Shown here one piece after another: positions 12,389 through 24,479 of a stretch of DNA of 64,000 nt (the stretch's first letter is position 1; each line of letters starts with the position of its first letter). Location: assembly GCA_013239625.1 (NCBI GenBank), contig MU053472.1, positions 620,001-684,000 on the forward strand. Reading direction: 5' to 3'. This DNA is from Lama guanicoe. Taxonomy: Eukaryota. The translations under genes were made by a program, and so were the position numbers. The notes beneath the pieces are model-generated. The model made no database searches and was not told where the DNA came from. It saw only the letters and a list, made by a program, of their open reading frames with translations.

Positions 12389-13339
12389 GTAGCACTCCTT
12401 CCTCTCTTCTGCTCACTGCCTCTAGGGATCCTCCAGCTGAGTGCTTCCTCCTGGGGAGCATTATAACCAAGGGTACTCTCTCTGAGTCTGTCTATCCCCA
12501 GAGGGCACCAAGGTCAGAAAAACAGGCTTTCTAAGTAGCATCCGCTGGCGTGAGACGGGAACCAGGCTGGAGTCAGGCTCTCACAGTGTGGCCCCCAACC
12601 CCAGGTTCTTTTACCACAAGGTCCTCTATTCCAGGCGTCCCCAAACTCTGTGCGATTCCCTCCCATATGTTGTTCAGATAAACCTATCAGCCTCTCTTAG
12701 GTAAGTGGCAGAGGGAGCGTAAAGCGAGTTGGAGCGGAAGGACTGAGTTGTCAGTCTGGAGTCCTGGGGTCTTCACCAGCCCTGCCGCTGACTAGTGAGG
12801 AGCTTGGAGCGGCCCTCACCCTGCCTGGGCTGCTTCTCCTTGTCTGTAGAACGAGTTGGGTGGTCGTGGAGGTGCACCACAGCCCCCAAATTCTATGTTT
12901 CAGACCAAAGCATCTACCCCACAGTCCAGCATCTCACTCTGGTGTTCTGGGAGGCTTGGAGAACACAGTGTTTGCAGCGCCCAAAGGACTGCAAGAGAGC
13001 ATCCCAGGCTTCCATTAGGCATCGAGTACCTGAAAACACTTAAGTAAAACAGATTAAATCCAGCCTCCCTTCACAATCTGTTTTCAACCCTTATCAAATT
13101 AGGTAAATCTCATCATATTTCCTTGACATTTTCCATACCAGTTCCTACATCCAGTCGTTTTATAGAGCACCTATGTCTCTCCTTTCCCCAAAATTTCAGC
13201 CTGTTACTTCAGAAGCTGCTTAGGAGAGTCCAGTAGTTTTATTGTCAAATCACTAGGTTAACGTTTGATTCTTAGGGACTTATAAGTCCTCACTTAGCCC
13301 CTGGTTTGATATCAGACTGGAGATAGTGCCTCTGCAGAC

Positions 13340-13545
13340 TTTATAACAAGACTGTCTGGTTTCAGATCCAACTCTGTCTCTTGTTAGACTTGGACAAGTC
13401 TCTTACCTTCCTGTACCTTAGTTTCTTCATCTGTGAAATGGGGCTAGTAATACCTTACCTCGTAGTGGATGTAGACCGGGCCTGGGACTATCATGAAGAT
13501 GTTTAAGTAAGCACTTGGAACAATGCCATGCTGTGCCAGGCATTA
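13340..13545 (+). mobile_element. MIR SINE
   Basis: ACTTGGACAAGTCTCTTACCTTCCTGTACCTTAGTTTCTTCATCTGTGAAATGGGGCTAGTAATACC core. Confidence 0.8.
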
Positions 13546-14144
13546 GCTATAATTTTTTTTTTTTGAGGTGTTTAGGGTACGTTCCTGGTAATAGGACATC
13601 ATTAGGATGCACTAGAAGTGGCTGAAACCTTTCGCTTTGCCATTTCCATAGCAGTGGGCAGAACGTTCCTCTGCTGCTTGGCCTGGCCTTGCGTGTCTCA
13701 GTGCCGCCAGCAGGCTGAAGTCCTGTGTAGGACTGACTGGCGCACACCCTGCATCGTCCACCTGAGTGATGGAGGTGGTTCTCCTGTCACTGTGCCTACA
13801 CCATCTTTTTTTTTTTTTTCTGAAAAATGTGATTCCTGTTACTCTTATGAGCTACAGGTGATGGGATCTGTATTGTTCTCCCTTTGAGATGGACGTAGGC
13901 TCGTGTAGTAATGAGAATCATTTTCATTGCTTTTTTGCCAGGCCTTTCTCATACCCCACTTGGACTCTTCTCTGGTGCCTGCGGCTCTCCCTGGGGTTAC
14001 TTATGTGAACCGTGGGTGGGCAAAACCATAATGAAGCTATTTCCTGGTCCACAGATTGTAACTGGCCTCATTCTGTTGTCTCCTTCCTTTAAAGTGCCTC
14101 TATTTCTGTTTTGTTTTGTTCCCCTTTCTTTCTCTCTGATCCAG

Positions 14145-14257
14145 GGGGTCAGTTCTGGAGCCAGAAGGAACAGTAGAAATCAAATTCCGCAGAAAGGATC
14201 TGGTGAAGACCATGCGTCGGGTGGACCCCGTCTACATCCACTTGGCTGAGCGATTGG
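14145..14257 (+). CDS. ACACA: ACC1 coding exon (5th from last)
   Basis: Long pyrimidine tract with CAG, GTATGT donor. [37 protein letters not shown], 113 nt. Confidence 0.97.
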
Positions 14258-17200
14258 GTATGTCTGCCCGTTCTCCTGGCAAATCAATGAGCCGTTCAGC
14301 TGATTTGTAATGAGTGCGTTCATAGGCCAGGGGAGGAGGCACTGAAGCATTTGATCAAATTCATGATAATCTTTATTTACTGTCCTCTATATGGTAAGAA
14401 CCCTGGTAGAATGAAACTGTGTGTGTAATAGGAAGGAAAGTGGGCCCTAAAAAACCAAAAGTCACCCGATTTTTCTTCTGATATTCCCTTACGGTTCAAA
14501 CAGCCCATCTTTCTGGCTTGTGGATGTCCTTGTAAAGAATGGTTAGCTGGAAGTGGCTGTTGAGGGCAGGCTGATCAGGGGGAGAACATGCTAGGCTTAA
14601 ATATCCCGTTTCTGCTCGTCTCCTTGGATGAGCCCGCCTCCTTTCTGAGGGGTGTGAGAGTCAGTGTCATGGGGTGGTAAAGCCAGAGCCCTGCCCCGGC
14701 GGCATTCTGGGGCCATCCTGAGCTGGAGGAATGGAAGTGAAGACTGTGCACTGTGTGCTTCCAGACAGGCCGGGCAGCAGCCACCCTGGACCACTCACGC
14801 TCGGTGCTTCCAGCCATTCCTGTGCTGCTCATTTGTTGTGGGAGCTCTTGGAGGACGCTTGTGATTTGAACACTGAACTAAACCACGGGAGCCCTGTGTC
14901 AAACCCGGAGTCTGAATGAGTTTCAGATTCTTTTAAAACGCTGATTGTCTGCCCAGGTCTCCCATTTAGCTCCTTGCTATGTTAAGAAAGATAATAGCTC
15001 GAGGTTCTTTTGTTTGTTGGTTTGGTTTTGTTTTTCCAAAGGAACAGAGAGATTGTCTTTAAAATGTAGTGAAACTCAGGGAATGAAGGCATAAAAAAAG
15101 AGATGCCAGCCCATTTGTGTTCCAAAGAGTGATTTAATTAGTAAAGTACCATTTGTGAACCCTTTACATCCTCACGCTCTAGAGACACAAAAACTCCTGG
15201 GTGTTTGCCTCCCTCACTCCAGAGACCACACGTGCTGGCAGACACAGTGTGGCTTGGGTCACCATGAACCCTATTTTTGTCTCAGTGTTTGCCATTAGGA
15301 AATAACCACCAGTAACTCGAACCCACCGCTGCCTGATCGTTTTGTGGGAAAGGCACACACACAACAAGAAATTGGCAAAGTTGTTTCTAAAATCTGTTGC
15401 CACCCGAATTGTTGAGGTGGTGGGGTTTTTTTTTCCCCTCTTTCTTCTGCAAACAGGATAATTACTTCTGACCAACCCCATACACTTTAATTAAAGTAAC
15501 TGCAGCTCAAGAGCAGGTTACTCAGGACTGTACACAGAGAGAGCTCTAAATGCTTCAGCCACTGATAAGCATCTCACTTAGATGGCTCATAATTGCTCCC
15601 AGTATCCAGCAATCGCTGCTGTTTTTACCACTAATTCTCCACAAAGACAGCAGCACCACAATTGCAGGACACAGCAAATTGCATAATTTTCTTTTTTTTT
15701 TTCCTTTTTTTTCTTTCTTTTTTTCTTTTTTGCTGGTTTTCTTTCTGGCCAATTTAAAATTTGTCAAAGTCGGTCTTCTTCTGGATCACTGCCCTTTGAT
15801 ATTTCGCGCACTCCATTTGCCACAAACAAGCCGCAGGGCCGCAGTTCATGCTGACTCCAGCAGAAGCAGAGAGAGCTCCATTTATCTTACACTGCCTGCT
15901 GAATTCCTACTCATTAACTGGGGGTTCACTGCCTCTTTTTAACCCCCCAATGGCTGTTATCGTCCCTTCGGAGTAACTGGGTGGTAGGAAGGGGGATCCT
16001 CTCTGGCATGGGTTTGCAGAATGCCTGGGTGGTGAGGGGTGTGGGGCGAAGCTGCTTCCCCTTGAAGAAAATCCACGTCGCTCCCACCTTCACCCAGGAA
16101 GCGCAGGAAAGGGCAAGGGAGGGGATGCCCAAGCGACGGCCGTTTAGTCATTTGTTACAAATCATCTCATTATCAATTTCCTATCCACATTGAAGAAAAC
16201 CGTATTTATTTAACCTTGACCAAAGTGGCACTAGAGAAGGAATCGTAGTCGGCTACATGTGAGGCCTGCTCTGACCCTGGGCAGTCAGGGACACGAGCAG
16301 TGGAGCTGGAGTAAAAACGACCACGCCCAAGCCTCGGGTGTGTTGCTTGCGGGCTTGGGTGAGCCGTTTAACTTGGCCGACACACCTTCATCTAGAAAGT
16401 GGGGACAACGCCCTCACCCTGCCAGCGTGAGGACCAGATGAATGTGCGTTTGCTCTGAATCTGAGACGCATTTTTCAAACGAGGGGGTCGGCATCATTTC
16501 CTTCCCATCCTAACCGTCAGAAGACGCAGATGGCCACGTTTGGAGCTGAGCGTTCTCTGTGGCTGAGGCCCACTTTGGGAGTGAGGGGTACAGGGAGGGA
16601 AATACAAAGGAAACGGAAGAAGTGGCCTTGTCTCTCGGGCATTCGTGGTCTTCCAGGGAGACCACTCACGTCCAGGCATATCCGTGGCAACAGATGAGCA
16701 GGGGTGTGATGGGACACTTGTGCACCCGGCTCCTTTAGGGTTCACCCTGGCTTTTGGCTCCTTTCTCAATGCCCAGAACCAGAATGCCAAAATGCCTTTT
16801 CCCAAAGTCAGTGAAAATGACCTCATTTTCCAGACTGGGAGATTGAAGCAAAGGAGGAGTTAAATAAGTCATCCGAGATGCAGAGTAAATGTACTTTGGA
16901 GCCCAGAAGGGAATTCTGGTTCCCTGTGCTCTGCTTTTCTCAGGATGTCCTCAGGTTTTACCTCGGCTTAATATGGAGCCTGGTCAAAATTAAACAAGAG
17001 CTCTTCAAACAGGAGTGCTTTCTGTTTGTGATGTGAAGCCGACTCCACTGAGAGACACTGGGCTTAGGAGAAGCCTGTAGGAGTGGGTGTTACCTTGTGC
17101 CGCCGTCTCTCCCCAGATCGGCCTCTGCACTGGGGAGCCAGCTGTCAGGGCACTCAGACAAACCAGTGCACAAATGGTTGTGCTCCAAAATGTAAATACT

Positions 17201-18637
17201 GTTTATTCTCTAAGGGTAATGAATAACAGTTCATTTCTGAACAGCCAACTTCATTTCAGGATTTGTATTTTTTTTCAATGACCTTTTGTCATTTTATATA
17301 GTTAGTTTGGGTAAGAAGGTGGTGAATTACTAGTCTGCAGTTCTGTGATTACAGCGGAGTATGAAAATTGTACGTAGATTGCATCCTGATAAAGGCAAAG
17401 GGAAGAATTACCCCAGCAGGAAACGTGGTGTCAGCCCAGACACAAGAGTTCTGCGTTGCTGGGCCGGCTCTGACCCTGGGTTCTCAGAACCAGGCCTTGG
17501 GAGAGTCACTGCAGGGAGAAAAATGCCCTACCATTCTGGTTGCCTTGAGGAAATTAAATTCCTTCTCTGGAAAGAGAGCGCAGCCCTCCGAGGCCTCCCT
17601 GTGTCTCTGTGACATCTTCTACCTCCAGGAGCAGAGAGAGTGGCTGTGGAGCGGGACGGCTTTCCCAGCCTGGCCTCCTGTGTGCCGCTACCTGAGGCCC
17701 TCTCCTGGGTCCCCACCCTCCCCTTGGGTTCAGAGGGAAATGATAAATCCATTTAGGTAGAGAGAGAACTATCCAGCCGAGGGTGGGACGCCACTGTAAG
17801 CGCCCCACTGCCCCTCTCCCTCAGTACAAAGAGTACCCGGGTGAAGGAGCTTCCTTCTGCCCCAGACACACATCTCGGTGGCGGCCTTGTTCCCAGACAG
17901 CCAGGCAGCCTGCCACGCAGCATCCGGGCTGCGCCCTCACAGACAGAGCCTGCCCTGTGAGTGACAGCCTGGGCAGCACTGGTGAGCACTTGCCTGGGCC
18001 GTTCCAGGCCACCCAGCGCCCAGGGGGCCTTGTGGGCCTTGTGGCCTGCGGGACCCTGGTGCAGAGGGAGTGTGGGTGAGAATACATCTGCCTGTGAAAA
18101 TCCTCAGGAATGCCTCCCTCCCAAGCCTTCTATTTAGTCCCTAGGATGACAGGAAACGGACCCTTCCTTGGGTTGAGGAGGGGACTCGGGGGCTGAGCTG
18201 CTTTTCTGGCAGAGGCGATCAAAGCATCCGAGCTGTGTGGAGTGCTTTTCCATCTCTTGTGTCCGTCTTCAAGATGCTGTAAGCTGACAAGAGCCAGAGT
18301 TGCTTGTTTGAGGCAGAAAGCAGTATTTCGTACTTTTTAATACATATTTTGTCCTTACTTGGAAAGTTGAGGATGGGAAAGAGGGCCTAACACCCGTGCC
18401 TGGGGAGGGGCCTCTGGCCTTGTCCCCTGTTGTGTCTGGAGCGTCTTCCTGGCTCCGTGGCCACCCAGGCACTGGGCGCTGAGACAATAAGCAACTGAGA
18501 AACAACATAAGGTTTTCTGTCCTGACGGTAGAGGTTGTGGGCCATGCCTCCTCCCTTAAATTAGCAGCAGCTTACACCCACCTCATCACACTGATTCAGA
18601 AGCTCTTCGGCTTGATACAGTTTAGTGCAGTAGTGAC

Positions 18638-19063
18638 TGTTAATGTGCACAGTGGGGCAGCCAGACTGTGACATGGTGACGTGATTGGTAGAAGAATTTA
18701 CCAGAGATAAAGTATGAGAATAGAAAAGGGGTCTGTTGGATACACTGCCATAGACAACAGTAGGCACACAGGCGGGGGTGCCCCTGTGAGCACCGAGGGC
18801 CGGCTGTTGGAGCCTTTTATAAGGTCGGGGTCACAAGGTGCCTGATCCGTGTGTGTGCAAGTCTCTGATGGGTTGCAGGTGAGGTAAGAGGTTTAGGGTC
18901 CATGAAGGGCGGAGAGCTTTCTGACTCTGATAAGGTGGGCTGAAACCAGCCAGCCTGCACGTTACCTGGGGCTGTTAGTTTGTTAGAGGAAACACTTCCC
19001 GTAAAGAATGTACTTTAGCCCAGGAATAGGGGTCATTGAACTTTGACTTCAGTTGGCCCGACA
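18638..19063 (-). mobile_element. Candidate solo LTR (426 bp)
   Basis: TG...CA termini flanked by the exact 5-bp direct repeat GTGAC (18633-18637, 19064-19068). Minus-strand TATAAAA at 18821-18815. Confidence 0.6.
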
Positions 19064-20679
19064 GTGACAACATTTTGTGGGACGGAGAAGGCGTCCTTTT
19101 GCTGTGATCTCTTAACCTGATTGTATTTAGAGAAGCATCTGGGCTTGCCTCTTTCGGGAAGGAGTGAGTCGCAGGTCCATCAGGCTGGAGGGACTGGGGG
19201 CGCCATCTTGTTAGACTGAGCCCAAGCTCCTGCCTGTCTGAAGCTGTCGTCAGAACACAGCAGACAGAAAGACCCTCCTCCCCACCTGGCCCCAGCTCAG
19301 CCAGATCCCTGTCCCTCCACCTGCCAGACTAAGGGAGAGCAACTTAGGGAAAGAAAGCAGTCCGAACCGCCAGGCTCATTGCTACTAGAATTCAGAGAAG
19401 TCCGCGCTGTTTCCTGACCCTTTTGGGGTGGGATGTTTGCCTGGGGCACGGGGGACGAGGCCACAGGGGGAGTAATAGACTTTTTTATTCTCATTTGGAA
19501 GTCTCTGGACTTACTATAATGATTTTTAAAAATGTGAACAGCAGAGCACTAACACCATTGCAAGGAACCTTAGGGTTAAACATCCGATGAGAGGACTGCA
19601 GTTAAAATCAATATGCAAATACAGTTGTATGTAGGTAGCTATGGCCCCCTTTGAAGGAAAGCAGATATATGAAAATGGGATTTAAAAAAAAAACTAGATA
19701 CATTGGGAGAAATTATTCCCATTACCAAAGGATTATTTGCTTTACCAAGGGATTCACTACAGGGTTCCTTCTAAATAGCTCCCTTAAGGCATTTAAAACA
19801 GGATCTGATTTACGCAGTTTTTCAAGAATGTTTTTGTGTAAAGAAAGGCACACCTGTTATGGATACAGAAATAGTTTTGCAGGGTTTTTTTTCCCCACCC
19901 TATCTTACTACCTTTATAGAGAAATTTCTTTAGAAAATGTGATTACATAGATCTTTGAAACAGCTACTTAAGTTTGTACTTCTGAATCTTAATAAGATTT
20001 CAGTCTTTTTTATGCTGATTTTTCAATCTCTGGGTTGAGGTGTGGGTGTGCGTTCTCACATCTGAGATATTCAGGAGCTTAGTGGGGAGGGTGAGCTAAC
20101 CCTTTTTTTAAGCACCCTAAGTATTTAACCAGTCAAAGCACATTGCCTTCTTCAGAGGAGAAAGGCCCATAAAAGTTAAAATTGGGTTTAAATTTACACA
20201 GGCTTCTTGGTATATCTTTAAAAAAAAAATCAAGAATTCAAACAGCACGCACTTTAATATCACATTCTTTTATAAAACATTCTTCCTGTTCGCCAGATCA
20301 GGACGGTCGTTACATGAATGAGAAACAGCTCAGAAAAGGAAAGAGATTTCTGCAGGGTCACCTAGCGCCTTTGGCTGAGCAGAGATTTTTAGTCAACCAT
20401 TTTGGTCTTTACTCTGAGTTTTGAAGGCCTCCCGCCTCCCCCCAAATCCTACTCCATAGGGGTAGCCCGCTCATCCCCAGGGTAAGGCTGGCCGCCTCCT
20501 GCCCCCCCCCCAGCGTCGTGGCCAGGTGAAAACACCTCCTGCTGCAGAAACCAGCTGTCTCCTAGAAGCTTCTCTTCAGCTTTGACCCCAGCGGGGAGAG
20601 ACGTGGCTTTGCCTTATATGCTGGCTCCGGGAACACCCGACAGGCTGCTGTCCTGTGGACACTTGCGGGTCAGGTTAAC

Positions 20680-20898
20680 TTGTTTAAAAAGCATGGACTC
20701 TGAAGCCAGTCTGCCACGCCCTCATCTCAGCTCTGCCATTTCCTAGCTTTGTGGTCTTGGACAAATTACTTCACTCTTTTGTGCCTCAGTTTCCCCATCT
20801 GTAAGATCTCAGTGACCTTTTAGGGTTGTGGCAAGGATTTAATGAGATAAAAAGTACTTAAACAGCACCAGCGCATAGTAACGTTTCAATAATGCTAG
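20680..20898 (+). mobile_element. MIR SINE, 3' end interrupted by an LTR
   Basis: CTTGGACAAATTACTTCACTCTTTTGTGCCTCAGTTTCCCCATCTGTAA core. The tail resumes at 21519 (TTAGCTCTCATT). Confidence 0.85.
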
Positions 20899-21518
20899 TG
20901 ATACAGGAAAAAATGTGGGGGCGCGAGAGGAGGGCTGTGTCCCAGGTCTTGGCTGAGTCCCTGGGATGCGGCCCACCAAGTGAGGGTCCTTGGCTTCGCG
21001 CAGGAAAGAATTCAAGAGTGAGCCACAGCTGAGAAACAGTAGGTTTATTCAGAGAGCTGCACACTCCATAGACCGAGTGTAGGCCGTCTCAGGAGGGTGG
21101 AGAGGTGAGAGGCATGGAGGTGGTTAAAGCAGAGGTAGACACATACTCCACTGACAGCGCGGGCCTCTCAGGAGACAAGAGAGAGAGCGGGCATGAGGCG
21201 CAGTGTTGCTGGTTTTTACCTGCTAACGAGTGGGAGGGTTGGTCCCACCGCGCTGGAGAAGGGATGGAGATTCCTGGAGCTGGGCTGCCGCCCTCTCTGA
21301 CCTTTCACATCAGCCTGGGAGCTGTCATGGCACCTGTGGGCATGTCAGGCACCATGCTGGTACATTAGTGTGTTCCTGACGCTCGAGGTCACTGGAGGTC
21401 GAATCGCCTGCCATCCTGGGCCTGCGGGTCTTCTGAGAGTAGACTTTTCTGCCATCTTGGTGCTAATTGCTGGGTGAGTCTTTTAATGGCTGTGTCCTGC
21501 CCCTTCCTTCCTGCCTCA
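20899..21518 (-). mobile_element. Solo LTR, ERV1/MER4-group-like (620 bp)
   Basis: TG...CA termini, 4-bp TSD CTAG/TTAG, minus-strand AATAAA at 21049-21044, and the CTTGGCTTCGCGCAGGAAAGAATTCAAGAG motif typical of ERV1 LTRs. Confidence 0.8.
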
Positions 21519-21566
21519 TTAGCTCTCATTTGATCAGACTAGTAGTGCCTCTTATGGCATTAAACT

Positions 21567-21680
21567 CTTTTTTGTTGTTGTTGTTAAGTTAAAAAAACTT
21601 TTTTATTTTTACCCCTTAACAGGGGCACTCATGCATGCACTCAACCACTGAGCTGCACTCCCACCCTCCCGCCCTCCACA
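21567..21680 (-). mobile_element. Degenerate tRNA-derived SINE
   Basis: T-rich tail and GCACTCAACCACTGAGCTGCACTCCC (reverse A-box region). Internally deleted. Confidence 0.5.
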
Positions 21681-21882
21681 TTCAGCCTTATACATTAAAC
21701 ATTTTTCATTGTAAGGTTGGGTTTTAGGATTTCATGGGGATGTTTTTGGGGGGAAAGGAAGGGATGGGGATAACCTACCTCTCTTCCCATTTCAACCTTT
21801 TCCTAGAGTAGGATTCTGGAAAAGAATGACTTTCCTCTGTAGCATATTCTTAAATACACACACGAACACACGTGCGCGCGCC

Positions 21883-21892
21883 TGTACGCGCG

Positions 21893-21928
<36 letters not shown>
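21883..21928. repeat. Compound microsatellite (CG)7(CA)14
   Basis: Read directly from the sequence. Confidence 0.95.
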
Positions 21929-21931
<3 letters not shown>

Positions 21932-22869
21932 CCTGGCTTGCTTTCCTAAAAACCCTGAGGCCCTGCAATCTGGCTAGAAAAGAAAGAAAACCATTCCAAG
22001 ATATTTAATTGTACAGGGAGCTTACAGGATTGATCGAGAGCTTAGCTTTTTACAATAGTCCAGTGAATAAGAAATGCTCCTGACAAACGATCAATGATGG
22101 GATAATCACTCTTTATCCCCCTCCTCATTCTTACCTTCTTTCTTTCAGGAGAACAGGGTTCAGAAGTCAAAAATCTTTATAGACACCGCTTTTAAATTAA
22201 GCAGAAAATAGACATTGACATATTTGTTAATCTCCCCTAAATCATTACCGGGGCTGGCTGCTTTGCTGTACAAGGAGAGGGGCCCTCGGTGTGCTACACA
22301 AGGTGTAACTAGCTTAGGAGCAGCCTTTTATTTTCAGAAAATAAAATTGAGAAAGCATTCTGTGCCCCCCGCCCTTACCCCCTTAAAACATGGCACATGA
22401 ATCTTTGGCTTTCTCACATGAATTTAAAAATACACACATTCTCTACTTGTGTCGTTTCCTTGCTTTGAGGCTTTTTTGAGGTGGGTCTTGAACTGTAACC
22501 AGAGGCACCACTGAAGGAATCAAACTGAGGGGCTTTGGGGGTGCTCTGTGACCCTCCTAGTCTCAGGAAGACCAGGGCATTTGAGGTGTTTATTTCATTG
22601 ATTCTTTCAAAGCTCTAGAATAGCTTGATTGGGTGGGTGAGACCTTTATTAGTCCAGGAACTAGCCTCCTCTGTCCCTCCAGCTGGGTAAAGCCAAGTCC
22701 TTGTTCCCAGAATGCGCTGTCCCCGAGCCCAGAGGTCCTCCCCTCTGCACCCAGTGCTGAGCTGCGCGCTCAGCTCCTCCTAACACACTGAACCAAACTC
22801 TCCAGCTAATTGCCCTTCTGTGGCCACTGCCAGGACACGTGCTTGGCCACGCCACTCCCAGTACCATTT

Positions 22870-23070
22870 AATGTGGAAGAACACAGGCTTCAGAGACAGC
22901 TGGACCCAAGTGTAAACCCTGACTTTGCTTCTTAAGATCCGGGTGCCACTGAGCAAGTCACTTTTACATTTCAGAACCTCGGTTTTCTCACTTGTAAAAC
23001 AGGTACCTGTGAGTCGGGGTTACCCTGAGGACCAGGGTGAGGCACGTGAAGCAGCTTGGAAAGCGTTCAG
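22870..23070 (+). mobile_element. MIR SINE
   Basis: CTGAGCAAGTCACTTTTACATTTCAGAACCTCGGTTTTCTCACTTGTAAAACAGG core. Confidence 0.7.
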
Positions 23071-23353
23071 TGACGTTGAGGTATCAGCTTGGCAGCAGTG
23101 TTAACAGCCGACCAGACCAGGGTCTGAGTTGTGCATCGTGACTTACGGGCTGTGTGATCCTGCAGGCGCGGAGTGCCTGGCGCCTAGGACGTGCGCAGTG
23201 AGTGGTGTGTGATATATGTGGGGCACAGACATGTGTAGATGGTGCTGACCCAAAGGGAGGATGCTGTGAGGGTCTGGAGGTCCCTACTCAGCGACACTCC
23301 TGGTCCTGCCATCCCTTGGCCCCCAGCAGGGCTGTGATTTTACCTGCTCATCT

Positions 23354-23814
23354 CAGAGCACCTCAGAGGTACTGCAAGTCCCGCTCCAGACCACCACAAG
23401 AACGTGACTATTGCAGGAGAGCCAGGCACATGAGGATTTTTGGTTTTCCAGTGCATAGAAAAGTTACATTTACGTAACGACATTACTGCAGTGTGCTATA
23501 CTGTAGTCTTTTAAGTGTGCAGTAGCATTATGTCTGAAAAAACAATGTACACACCCTAACTCAAAAATACCTCAGTCCTAAAAAATGTTACCCATCATCA
23601 TCTCAGCCTTCAGCGAATCATCATCTTTTTGCTGGCGGAGGGTCTTGCCTCCGTGCTGGTGGCTGCTGACTGATCAGGGTGGTGCGTGGCTGTGGCAGTT
23701 TCCTAAACTAAGACAGGAGTGAGGTCGGCTTACTCCTCCTTTCTCGAATGATTTCTCCGTAGCACGCAGTGCTGCTGGGTAGCGTTGCTTGACGTCACCA
23801 TAACAAATATAATA
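23354..23814 (-). mobile_element. Tigger1 DNA transposon fragment (TcMar-Tigger)
   Basis: CCAGACCACC...TTTTGGTTTTCCAGTGCATAGAAAAGTTA...CTATACTGTAGTC...TTTTTGCTGGCGGAGGGTCTTGCCTC...GGCTGCTGACTGATCAGGGTGGTG matches the reverse complement of the Tigger1 3' end as I recall it. Confidence 0.85.
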
Positions 23815-23980
23815 CAGGTATGCCTCGTTGTTTTTTTGTTTTGTTTTGTTTTGTTTGCACTTTCAAACTTTTTCACTGTTACTATATTTCTCATGGTGAT
23901 CTGTGATCAGTGATCTCTGATGTCACTTTTGTACCTGCCTTGGCATTTTTTAGCATTAAGCTATTCCTTAGGCATGCCTG
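23815..23980 (+). mobile_element. Tigger1-derived miniature element (166 bp)
   Basis: TIRs CAGGTATGCCT and AGGCATGCCTG (10/11), TA on both sides, and the internal Tigger1-like ATGGTGATCTGTGATCAGTGATCT. Confidence 0.65.
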
Positions 23981-24214
23981 TAACAGGAGCAGCTGCCCTC
24001 CGGTCTCAGGCCTGCCTGGAGACTCGCATCTGACCCGCAGAATGGGAATTACTGGGGACGTCGCCTAGATCTAGTTGAGGAGTGGAGCTGAGATGGGACT
24101 CCCACCTTATCAGGCAGGAGTCTGCCATCGTCATCTAGCCTTTTCTGCAATTAAAGGGATGCTCCGGCCGAAGCACTTGTATGCGTAAGTGAGGAGCAAG
24201 CAGAGGCTCAAAGG

Positions 24215-24440
24215 CTTCCGGAGCCACGCTGCTGCGCCCGGGCCCCAGCCCTGCCCCAGCCCTGCCCCTTTCTAGCTCTGTGACCTTGGCGAGTCCCGTG
24301 AATTCTCAGTGCCTCAGCTTCCCCGGCTGTCAGATGAGGGTAACAGGGTTACCAACCTCATAAGATTGTTGTGAGGATTAAACGAGTCACTAGATATAAA
24401 GCCCTCAGAACAGTGCTCAGTGCCTTCTCACTATTACCTT
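24215..24440 (+). mobile_element. MIR SINE
   Basis: CTAGCTCTGTGACCTTGGCGAGT...GCCTCAGCTTCCCC...GATTGTTGTGAGGATTAAACGAG. Confidence 0.8.
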
Positions 24441-24479
24441 TGGTGCCTGATTATATGCGCTGGAGAGCCAGGATAAACT

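Noticed and set aside
14280..14307. Small hairpin CAAATCA...TGATTTG just after a donor site
   Set aside because: A 7-bp AT-rich stem is within chance expectation for 64 kb.
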